Source of the DNA: Balanoglossus misakiensis | Lineage: Eukaryota > Animalia > Hemichordata | Direction of reading: 5' to 3' | NCBI GenBank assembly: GCA_040954595.2 | Contig: CM082578.2 | Coordinates: forward strand, 16,228,998-16,292,997 | DNA: 64,000 bases | Shown here: positions 13,101-25,300 of the stretch, piece after piece | Position numbering within the stretch: the first letter of the stretch is position 1 | Layout: each line of letters begins with the position of its first letter | Notes under the pieces: model-generated | The model's database searches: none | What the model was told of the DNA's origin: nothing | What the model saw: the letters and a program-made list of their open reading frames with translations, nothing else | Position numbers and translations under genes: made by a program

Positions 13101-14487
13101 TAAAAGTCAGAGAACCTGCCTCGAAGTGACCATTGCAAGGTGTAATTAGCATGCACTTTCTACTTTCTTCAGTCATACTTAAGGCTTAGTCACATTCCCA
13201 TCCCAGACGGGTCAATGACCCTGTCAGACTGTACAATTTCAATACACACATACCTGTATATAGAACATCAGAAACAGTACTATAGTATGGGCCTATGACA
13301 AATTACATCGACAGACAATGGAACAAATAATTACTATACTTCTGACATTTTAGAAAATCTCCAAATGCGTAAATTTTACAGTTAAGCGATGTGTGAATTT
13401 TTAAACACTTTGCGACGAGTCTTCGGATGCATCGGCACTCGAGCTGAATTGAAATGGACATATAATATAAACACGTGAAGGTGCCGGCTTCCTTCACTTG
13501 ACACCTTCCTGTGCTGTAATATGCCCCATGGAAAAGGTCAGAAATGATTTCCTTTCGGCCTCTGGCAAAAAGAAGTGGCTAATTGTAGGGAATGGGAAAC
13601 TCCACTGACTACTGCCTCTGGTGACACCAGCAGTAAATTCCAGACAAACAATACCTCCACTGGTCCTAATTTAGAAAACTATTCTCGTCGGCGTCGGGAT
13701 TTTGGAGCTGTGCCAGGTGGTAGAAATAACTTGGGTTTTGTGACGGGGGAGAGTAACAAGGGTGTCTCTGTTTTCATATTGCTGAAACCATAAATGATAC
13801 GACAAACAACACACAGGTTCAACGATCGATGTTATCAAAAAGGTAGAGTGGTCTGCGAATGTTAATATTATTAAACGTTATACTTTACATATATTTCCGT
13901 TCCCAACAATGATGGTCTGAACTTAATAGTATTACTTTTACGTCAGAAATAGTGACTAGCTATATTTTTGCCAGAAGTTGCGTCACAAAGTCCCCACAAG
14001 TGGCAACTTACGTGTGAAATGGACCAGTGAAATCCACTATTTACACGTGGTTTGCGTTCTCCTGCACGTAGATTTGTGTTATTTCGAGTTCTCGAATCAA
14101 CTGAAACCTACTCCAATTTTGTTATTATAAATTGCGTCATCATGTGTCAATTACCAAGATATTTTTTAACTCGGAGGAAAAGAAAAGTTGCTAAAACGCA
14201 ATCAGAGACAGTCGAATGGTATTATGTGCCATGAAACACGTCGTGTAGGAAGAACCACGCCGAAAAACATACTGTTGGTTGAAAGACAAAAGTCGGCGTT
14301 AATTGTCCAATTTAGGTTCCTAACATTACAGCTTCTATTTTAAGGAATATGATCATTATGGAACATATGGACTCCTTAAATCATGTCAGTGTATTTCTGT
14401 ATTTTATTTGGAATGTTATCAAGTGACCGCGATGCCAGATTTTATGAGTGACACCCATTTCATAACTCAGGAACCCTAAACGACTGC

Positions 14488-14522
14488 GTCCAGGCATAGA
14501 CCTCAAGGGTCTATGGTTCAGG
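14488..14522. mobile_element. Ultra-short palindromic insertion (21 bp) with 7-bp target-site duplication, P/Galileo-like termini
   Basis: gtccagg | CATAGACC tcaag GGTCTATG | gttcagg: 8-bp perfect inverted repeat with CA..TG ends between 6/7-matching direct repeats. Confidence 0.5.
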
Positions 14523-14960
14523 CTAGCAGCAAATGCATAACTGAGGGTCGCGTTTGTTTAGAGCGCCAGCTTCCAGTCGTAAAGTGGCCGTAAATAATTG
14601 GTTAGATTCCTTCAAAACATTTAAATCACCACCCTTTGGAGAAACGATCTCCATTTTGAGGACCAGTTTATGCATGTTATCTTTGCTCAAAATGAATGTC
14701 TGGACCGGAAGTTTTCTTATGTGCAATCCACACGTTCATGGATTCATTTTGCAGTTCGGGCAGTTGCAGACAGCCTGCATCAGTTCGTCAGATAAATGGT
14801 AAATTAGAAGCATGTGTCGGAGTCCTAAATCGGTCTAAATTACTGAGTAACAGAAGGTCAGTTTCGAATGAGAAAGCCACCTGTTTTCAAAGATGAGGTC
14901 ACTTTTTGTAGTTGATCGATGATAGCTTTCAAATTGGACAAGTAAAATGCGTGAACTACA

Positions 14961-15055
14961 TTAAACCCTTCACCACCATGGTTTGGTCCAAACCCGGGCC
15001 CATTTTTTCTATGGTAAAGTTGGACCTCTAAAAAGTGGAACGGGGTGAAAGTGTT
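14961..15055. mobile_element. Degenerate TTAA-type (piggyBac-like) MITE
   Basis: Starts ttaaacccttcaccacc and ends with the imperfect inverted copy ggggtgaaagtgtt; right TTAA not intact. Confidence 0.35.
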
Positions 15056-16303
15056 GGAACTGGGGAGGAATCAACCAAAGTAGACAGATCAGTCATTGAA
15101 TACTAGTATGTTTGTTTTACTAAATATAACATAGTAATGTCATTACAAATCATGCTGCCTGGAAAGAAAAGTGGAAAATTCACACATGCAAAATAAAACG
15201 GTACCAGTTTAAACTTTGCCGGATATTATGCCAAGAGTTCTTCACAGAAAGAATCAGTAATGTGAAGAAGGAGGGTTGGTGAAACTTGCAAATTACTGAA
15301 TAATTTGGTCAAAAAGTGTTCACACTTCCATAGAAAAGGGATGTTACGGACTGCAAATCTAGTCTTTCAAATTTGATCCTGACTATGGATGCTAGATTTT
15401 AGACTCTAATTTCCCCAACAGCATTTCAGCCGATGACAGCGTCTGTACATGAGGAATTCCATGAGCACTTTTACTGAGTATTAATCTACAAGAAAAGAAT
15501 ACCAGGACACAGTAAAACTGGCATCTTCTGACAGTAGGAATCAAGCCAACAGATTGTATATTTAATATGCAGAAAAGCCAATAATTAAAAGTAGCTAGCC
15601 CTGGTTCACTATAAATATTCCCAGTTCAGTCACCTTTCAACTCATTAAATTCTCTCAATACTATTTTTGATTTAACTGTAAAAAAATGTGATTTTGTAAA
15701 TTTACCACTACACACAATTTTGATGAAATCCATACTAGCTTTACCCCCAAGCGAAGAATTGTCTTTGATTTAAAAAATATACAGCATTTTCTTATCTTTC
15801 TAGTAACATGATATTTCAATATCTTAATTTTTCATATTTCCCTATATATCAATTTGGGGGTGGGGGAGGGGAATGATGGCAAAATTACAGGTGAATTTTT
15901 GAGTTCTCTAAGCCTATGGTGAACAGCAATGATGCTGGAGAATTTCTGATTTGTACTGTTCAAGAACATTTTTATGAGTAACAAAAAAGGACTACCGATA
16001 ATATAAAGATACTTCCACATATATTTAACTGAGTCAAAGAAGCTGGAAATCCTGTTTGTTAGTGGACAAACTGATGAAAGAAATCCCAAAATAAAATATA
16101 GATACAAAATTCTGAGATGACATGACAGGTTGTCATGAGCACTGGAAGAGATCAGGTGCAATACCACAGAACCAGTCTGTGTTTGGTGTTTCTGTCAACC
16201 AATCAACAGCCACTGTAGTACAAAAAGGCTTCTTCGGGATGCAAGGATATTTCAATTATGTAAAGTCGTTCCCATCTTCAGGCCACACACGTCCATGGTG
16301 GTT

Positions 16304-19300
16304 TTAAAACTGCAAAGAAGCATACAGGTCAGATGAAATGTTATTTGCATGATATGTGAGATACAGGCACTGCATGTACAAGCTGAGTGGCAGATATGGC
16401 ATTGAACTTCAACACAGCAAGAGCCAAGGACATGTAAACAAAGGAGGCAAAAGTTCAAAGATATAAACTGGACAGTAATCACAGCCACAGGGGTAAACTG
16501 CACCCTATTTCTGGTCATATAATGATATGCACGTCATATGACCGTGGAATGTACATTTACACAAGACAATGTCACTGAAACATGTATACATGTACACACA
16601 ACTATTGAGTGTGGGAACAAATCAATCTCACACCACCATAGTACTCTCACACCCTCAGTCTACCATACTGACTAAGGTTGTTGAAAACAGTAATTCTATT
16701 ATAGGTGACCTTTTTTCCAAAATTGGGACAGAATACTTCACATGTAATTATGAATTTCACTGGCGGAATTGACATACATGGCTGTTGTGTTAAAGACTCT
16801 TGTCAGACTATTGCCAACATCTTTCTTTCAATGCGACTTCACAGGAGATTGGCTCTTTTCATAATTTAGAGGTCCTACCAATTATCAGCCTGGGATTATG
16901 GAGCGACTTAATAAGCAAAAAAACTTAATGGCACACAGCAATGCATCCAGGGTCATACGGACCTCCCCCTGGGGTAAACAGCTACATCATTAGCCTTGTA
17001 GTTTTTTGTTCAGATTTTGAGAACAAGTACACAGACATGGACTTTGCAAGTAATGCAAGGCCACAAAAACAAACAGTATCTCTCTAATGTGCTTTCACAA
17101 TGGCAAGAAAAGATGACAGGGCTTTCAAAGAATCACCCAGAATGAGCTGGTTAGCGCTTAAATGGAGGAGATAGTCTATCACAGCATTTGCTGCTGATTT
17201 CTAAACTTCCTCCTTCAACTTGAATTGCTGCTGCATTACAGAGATTAGAGCAAACTCCTAAACGACACAAGTGGCATTGACAGTCCAGTCCAGACCATGC
17301 TGAACCAATTTACTATAATGATTTCCTTCACAAGACCTTGGCAGCAGTAAAAGTATTGTTATATGAATGAAACACCAGATTTAGCAGCCTGTTTTATCAG
17401 CCAAGAATGTGTATGGCAGACATTTCCTGTTTAGGGTGATCAAAGAAAATGCAGTTGGATTATCTCTCCCCAATCCAAAAGATCCAAACTGAACACAAAA
17501 ACACATCTAATCTACAAACAGGAAATAAATCCCCTGTGGAAAGTGTGATAACAAGCAGCACATTTTGCTTTAGAAGCTGAGGTCATCATTGTTGCCATAG
17601 CGAGTTGGGTGGTTTTTTATACATAAAAACAGTTTCGAGATAACAATGATGGATTTATTTATTGGCATGTAGCCAAAACAAATCCACTCCTTTCTGTTCA
17701 TACCATGTATGTCAACAACTATGAAGTAACATTTAACATAGCATATGCAAAATTAAATGCTGATTTCTTCTATTTGTGAATGGATAAATTTGAAATTAAT
17801 CTGAAGTCTCTCTCTCTCTCGCAAACACACAACAGATAAGTACTGTCACTTACATTTTTCAAGAATTCCTCTGCAACTATACGAGCCCTGGAATTTACTG
17901 ACAGCTTCATTTCACTGATTTCTTTATCAATTTCTTCCATAAAGTGAATAACAAAGTCTACAAGTTTGTGTTTGTACATCTGTTCTGTGTGGAAGTTTGT
18001 GATCAAGAAACTGATATCGTAACCCTGTGAACAAAAGATATTACATGTTAATGTCCAGAGGGCGCCACATAACTTGACAAGGTGCTATGAGATCAATATG
18101 CTATTTTGCAAAACCAAATCAAAGATATTTCCGCAATCATACACATGTAATAACATGATGGTAAGTCTGGCTATAAATTACACAGTACTAGTAGTTTGTA
18201 AGATTAACGTTTAAAACAAGCTAGCTTTTTTGTCATACCTCAACTGGTTTTCTTCGGAGAACGAAAAAGTTTTCTGCCCTCAGCATCAGAAACCTCATGA
18301 ACTTGTGACACAAAATCTTCTCAAGCTCATCAGCCTGCAAATAAAACAAAGATGTCATTCTATGATCTGGGAAAATAATTTCTAGACGGAGGTATGGTGC
18401 AGTCGATGGGAAGACAATGCGAATCTAGTTAGGCAAACACAAGTAAATAAAGCACAGCTTCTATTATTTTTTCATGAACGACGACTTAAAAACTGACATT
18501 GTCAAACAGACTGCAGAACCCAAACTCCTGGTTTGCTAGATATTGCAGAAATTTAATCAGAAAACAAGAACAAGTTCCTTCACACTCTCTCACTATAATA
18601 AATCAGGTTATGTTCCCTTTCCTTCCTGATTTGCTGACCTTTAGTCGTGTTTAGGTCAACACAAGGTCACACGGTCCTTTTAGACTGCGATAAGGAACAG
18701 AACTAACAAAACTCCTGCAAGCACGCAAGATCAATTCAAACTAAAATAAGACCATAACACTGAAGAATTCTGTCCTTTAGGAATGAATAGAAATACACAA
18801 AGCTCTTGGAAATATCAAAGAAGAATTCTGTGTACGAGTTATATTTACCTGCTTTATAGCAATGCTAACTCGGACAGAATTCACAGACCCTTCGATCAGC
18901 ACCTTTTCTTTCTCATTACGACTTATTACGACAGGTTGTAAGAGTAATTCCTTGCTGCTCCTGGAATACAAATTGTCCAATTGGACAACTCAATTAGAAG
19001 TTATTTTTATGATCTTATGCCATTACACTGATCATGAGCTGGTCCTCTATTCCAGGTATGTGTATTTTTATACATCTGCAATTTTATTGTGTATATTATG
19101 TACTATACCTGACTTCCACTTCTGGTTTGTTGTGCCTCTCAACAACTTGTGATGAGAAGTTTTCTAAACACATGGCAGCTGTCAACGTGGAGCGAACAGC
19201 ATTTAAGTATGGGCGAAGTGTGGCAGCCTGGGAAAAGCAGGGAATAAAACTTCTTTGAAAAATATGACAAACTTTAACAATGTGTGTTCAGAATGAAAAA

Positions 19301-20062
19301 TATTATCAGATACTCTGGTGTTCCGCGATTAGGTATCTGTCTGCATTACTGTGTACATGTATTTCCGATTTTCAATGTTAGAAATGCATACCTCACGCAG
19401 CCAGGGATTGCACACATAATAAAAATCACCATGGACAAATACTAAGTGATTTTGTTTGTGTTAGATTTATTTTATGGCATGTTGACTTGTGAATGGGTGG
19501 GGTCATGAAGAGCATTTCAAACCGGGCTCACTCGGCTAGGGAACTATGTTGAAATTGCCGTAGAATACTAGTATTTGTTTTCTAGACGTGTTGCAAATTG
19601 TTTGATAAACATGAAGTTAGTTCACGCATGAACCAGGAAGTGAGACTTCTATCTGAGCTCGGGGGCACTGGACTGGGTCACCTTTGCCTAATGGAGAAAA
19701 AGTAAACTATCTATAGTTTGTCTGTACCCTGGACGGACTCAGATACGTCTGTCGTGATGAAGATCGTGGGACAGTTGTAATTTTAACCCGACATAACTGA
19801 TTACGGACTGCATCAGTGTATACTAGTAACTAAATAAAGGTGTGAGTTTCACCACTGTCTAGGTTTCAGACCAAACACACCCACTCATGTGAGAGAGACA
19901 CGGTAAAATTTGATGTGTGTGTAATTCGCCGGCTGAAATACCAAATTTGTTCTCTGTAACGCCGATGAATGATTAATTGTTTAAAGTGCAGTTGTCTGAT
20001 CTGCGTAAGCGATATCGTCTTGCCGAAATTCGACTAAATTTGTAAATCGGTGTACTCACCAT
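16304..20062 (-). CDS. ARPC4: Actin-related protein 2/3 complex subunit 4 (168 aa)
   Basis: Exons 20062-20060 (ATG only), 19227-19109, 18960-18849, 18334-18239, 18024-17854, 16309-16304 (TTT TAA); 507 nt in total. [16 protein letters not shown]...[41 protein letters not shown]...[58 protein letters not shown] is diagnostic. Confidence 0.98.
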
Positions 20063-20146
20063 GATTGAAACTCAAAGGAAGTGGACAGAGCGGAAATGCC
20101 TATGAACGCATGCGCGTTACGATATCATGAGGAAACGCGCGCAAGG
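20063..20146 (-). promoter_or_regulatory. ARPC4 housekeeping promoter / 5' UTR
   Basis: CpG-rich tract directly upstream of the ATG with an NRF1-like cgcatgcgc and an ETS-like cggaa. Confidence 0.45.
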
Positions 20147-22398
20147 GATCATGGGAAGGCCCAAATATCGCGTCTTCTGTGTTTTGCGTATGATGCATTG
20201 TGCAAATAAATATTATTTTCCCTTTTTATAAAGTTACCTCTTACTTGCCACAGTCTCCTTTCTTCATTTTCATCAAAGGGCTCAACACCAGATTCACCAT
20301 GTTTCAATCTTGGCAGATTACCTTCTGCAGTCTTCAATGAAACAGCATCGCATTTACTCTTTATACTCAGAACCTCAATGTAAAACACATACTACAGACA
20401 ACTTTGTATGATTTGCTGCAAAAAGGTGCACATTTTATTGGAGAAAGCACACAGTACATATATAGCGACAGTAGAATTTACATAACATATAAATCCTTGA
20501 AAATTGCTAGCAAAGATTTACACTTATATACAAAGGGTCATTTAAAAAAAACTATTATGCTCAGAATACTGGATACACCGATAAAACCTGCCTTCCAAAA
20601 ACCTGAGTATTAAATACACAGAATAACAAATGAATACAAAATGTGCATAGCACATGTGAATTGACAGAGGAAAATGATCTTGAATCAACTATCAAGAATA
20701 TGAACTTTAACAGCTATTGCCTTAACCAACATGAGCGTCAAATAACCATAATGCGCCATCCAATACATATGTAAATAAGGGCACAAAGTCATCTGTGAAC
20801 TGAAACATTGAATAAACAATAGACATTTTTATTTAGTTTGAGTGGCCGTGTTTCAAATTGAAAATTGTTGAAGACTTGAAAAGGGGCCTTAAATGTAGTG
20901 TACCACGAAACATCAGCATTCAAAAATGGAAGATAAATGGTTAAGAACAAAGCATGGTGGCTATCAGGGGAACTGCGTAAGACAAGAAGCCTGGCTCCAT
21001 GTCCAACCACTTTTTCTGATTTGATCATGTAGATGATGATCTAAGTTGGGAAAAGTGGCAAAATGGTTATTCTACTCATTAACTACTGATGAGATACATT
21101 AAACAGCAATACCAGAAGTATACATGTATATTCAAATGGAATACAATAGACAAAACACACGTGCAAGTTAGAAATATTCTCTGAGTACTTGCATATTATT
21201 TACATATGAAATTACTTGTGAGTTACAACTGATAGTGCAATCAAGTTTCTGCTAGGTTATGCTGTGAAAAAAGCCACAGTATGACATCACTTCCAATGCC
21301 CAAATATTTATTTCAATTTTACACAAATTTTCAACATTAAAAATCATAGTTGCAATTTGTCATTTGCTGGCAAATTATGCTGACCTTTCTCTCACTGAAC
21401 AATTACTTTCTGTGAAGTTTGCAATAATTGTGACTTTGAGTACACAGACACTGCTTCTACTGGTAAGAATGAATTGGATAACATACTGTGAGTTTGAGTG
21501 GACACTAAAGAATATGTGAGTTTGATTTTACTGGCAGTGACTGATCCCAAAGTGATGTGATGTGGTATCCTAACACCTGAAGCTGACAGAATTTGCTGCT
21601 GTGAATTCTAAATGGTGAAAATGATGATGAGTACCGGTAATCTAATTTTGGACATATGACTGCGAGACAAAATTTCAAACCTGCATATGAATCAAAGTCT
21701 GAAAGGAACAGAAATCTGAACCTGATAGTTTATCACGATAATTTTAAGTTTTTATCATAAAATGATTTGAAAATCCTAATTTTACATTTCTGAAAAGACA
21801 ACACAAAATCTTTACTGGACATGTGCAATAAGTATGTTTTTTTTAAGTAGATCAAACTGTCTACAGAATTTCATATTTTTTTCCACAGAAATTTTTCCCG
21901 TTTTGAAACGTGTAAGGTATGATTTCAGAGAAATGAAATAACTGACCATAACTTCAGAGATATTTAAACCATGACTAAAAAGACTTGAAAATAATTGGTA
22001 TTGTGAAAAATTTGCCGTGGGAGTAAATGTTTACAGACTGAATAATTTTTACTCATATGGATAAGTGAAAACTAAAATTTCACTAAAGGTTAAAAGTACA
22101 TATTTACCTTAAACCTTGAAAATTGATTCACAGTCACCTTACCAGTAACATAACTTTGCCGCCTAAGTACTTATCATTGTAAATACATTACACAAAGAAG
22201 AAGTAAGGCATTTTGATCAAAATATACATGAACAGACAATTTAGAAACACTAAATATACAGTACTCTTTCAAATAAAATTACTCTGATTTCTTTCACGTC
22301 CTTAAAAATAAGGATATACAATATGCAGCAGGCATTTTCAGTCTTAAAATCTTGGAGGGTACAGTGATAAATTTATTTTATCTGGGCCTGGAGCTATA

Positions 22399-25300
22399 TC
22401 ATCCGAAGACAGTTTCTTCACAAAACTTCAGTTGCCATATTTTACCAGCATATATATCAAACTTCTCCTTTCCCATCAGCTCCACTAGACGAGGCTGCAA
22501 GACACAGATGAAAATTTGTCAAGAAAACTAATTTTGAAACCATGCCGTGAAAGATGAATGAAAGAAAAAGCAATGAACTGTGAATACCTCAACATCATCT
22601 CCATTGGATTCTTCCAAAAATTCATATGCATTCTTCAGAACATCTATACCAACACCTTGGATAATATCTCTTCTGAGAGCAGCTATTCTGTCCATCAGTC
22701 TCCCACATGTTGTCAGTGACATGTTTCCTGAAGAGAGACAAATTACAAACACTGTATAAGACAGTCAACAAATGAACAAACAGATAAATGGACAAAAAGA
22801 CAGATAGTCTGATAGAGACAAACAGATCGACAGACAGACAGACTTATTCAGAAACCAGCAGACAATCTCACCGATTCCTTTAGGCGCTCTGGGAGCAGCA
22901 GCCTCAATCTCGATGTACGAATCGCCGGATGCCGATTTGTTATTCCCATTGATGGGTCTGCTGGCGGGTGGTTTTGGTTTGGGAGGCTCTGGCGGGGGGT
23001 ACGATGGTGGTTCCATAGCACCATCGGGAGAGTCCTTGTCCATGTCATCAAAGTTGGGCACATCTTCCATTTTCAAAGTGGTTTCCAACATCTTGGAAAA
23101 TCGCTTCATCTCTTTTGCTTCTCTACAGGAACGGAGAGACAAACAGAAAAGTCAGCATTACTTGAAAAGTAGCAACCAACTGAATTGTCATAAATGTTAC
23201 CGGTACTTAAGGTCTAAAATAGACAGGTTGAAGTCACACGCCATCTTGGATTCTTAGAACTTAAAACTTGGAATTGCTTCGGCAGTTAAATCAAACATGA
23301 AATTTGTTAATCAGAACTATACCTTTCTTCTCCTTTCTTTGGATCAGCTTCGGTTTCCGTTTCTGTTTCCTCTTCATCGGTTGATGAGCTGTCTTGACTC
23401 TGAATACGACCTCTTGGTTTCTCTTCCTCTTTTTCTTTCAGTTTTTCTTGTTTGTCTATGCTTTCCACAATGACCACTCTTTTCTGCAAGGAAGAAAAGG
23501 AGTTACTTTTGAAAGTAAGCTGTTATTTCTTGCATGAATTGCATATTTTGACAATAGACAAATTGAGGAGTTCCAACTTATTAGTTCCAAATTATTATGC
23601 AAGTTACACGTAATACATTAATTACCTTTTCCACGGTTGGATCCGACTTCACCCGACGAATTTCCTCCTTGGTTGACTTGGGAGTTGGACCGTCTGATAC
23701 TTCAATGGAGGAGGCCGCTGACCCAGACGCTCGCCGCCTTTCAACAACAGCTAAACAAGAAGAAGAATGTATTTAGATTGAATTTCCAACAGACAGGGTA
23801 GGCTGCTACTACTGTAGTGGACACTCGCTGTTACAAGATACTGAAACAATGGAGAACATTTCAGACTTTCCAAGACTGCATGATTTCTGACTGCCGCTAT
23901 TACATATGTGTGTGTTTGTATGCGTGTGCTCCTGTATGCCTAATATGTTGCATGTTTACAGTTTCTCAGTCTCAAAGGAAGTAAGCAATCTAGGCCTTGA
24001 TTGAATTTCTATGTTGGGGAAAATATAGCAAAAGAATTAATATATCCATACTAACATAAACTGCTTTACCCATTTCAATCAGGTTTGTGAATTGTTTCAG
24101 ATTAATTCATTTCAGTGACTGCATTAATTAAGCAAGTGAAAGTGGGCAAAATAGCACAATAAAGAAGTTGTGATGGGAATGTTTTCAAAGTTAATATTCC
24201 AGTACTGACCCGGGGATATTCCATCTCCTTAAGCCAGCAAAGCAGAGACATGCAGGAATGAGAAAAAAATGGAATGATACAAAACAGGGTTGGTGAGTTA
24301 GTAGTCTAGTATCTATGCTATCACTTTATGGAAATGGTGCAGTGACCATGACATCTTACACAATACATGTACATGTACATGACAGTCAATGTTGTTATGG
24401 GTGAAACAAAGCAACAGCCAGGCATACTTATTATCACATTGCTAAAACGGAAGGTATTCCAATGAAGGCGTGAATACAATCTGGCGCAGTATTGATCCCA
24501 CACACAACACTTATTAGATAGCATTTATTCATTAATAGTGCAATAATATTTAATATAGTTAAAGGCACAGAAGTTTGAATTATTCTCAGTTATTCACAGC
24601 AATCTTATATTAGACTTACAAATGTTATTTAAAATCAAGAGCAAGTTATAATTTCACTGATAGTTGAGTTTTATTTTATTTTTTTGTAGAGGGAAAAGAA
24701 AATGTCATCTTAGCAAGCTGTTATGGAAGACTTGACTGGATTGAAGGCAAGAGGGCAACTCACCTGGCACACCCCGAGGGGTTCTGCCTTTTTCTTGTGA
24801 TTCTCTCAGTCTCCTCCTTGCTCTGGCTGATGAGTTGGCGGATTTTCTCTGAAAGTACAAACAAATAATGCGTTGAAGGCAAATTTGTGGAAAGCTAAGT
24901 GTTCAACACTCTCCTGTTGTAAGTGACTGTAAATCTATCGCCACCACAAGAGATTTCGAAAATTAGTCTGATCAACACCATTCCTGCTTACACTCCTAAC
25001 ATCAAAATTGGTACATTTTCCTGAAAATACACAGCCCTGATGGTGGTTCACAACTAACTAGTCCTCAAAGCCAGGGATGTAACATACTTTCCAAACAAAG
25101 ATGCAAATTACAGAACACACAGTGAGTTTTCTTACCATTTCAGTTGATGCTGAAGGTGTGTGGAGATCTTCTTTAGAACTTGACACTGAACTGCTTGAGC
25201 TTGTTGCTTTGTCCTTGGAGTCAGCATAACTGGGTTTCTTGACGGCCGAGGATGAGCTTCTGGTTGGAGTTTCTCCTTTGGATGGTGGAGGTGGTAGAGG

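Noticed and set aside
17569-17580. Alternative terminal exon for ARPC4 close to exon 5
   Set aside because: It lacks a polypyrimidine tract and does not give Phe-stop in frame; cttctttgcag|TTT TAA at 16309-16304 fits the conserved C-terminus.
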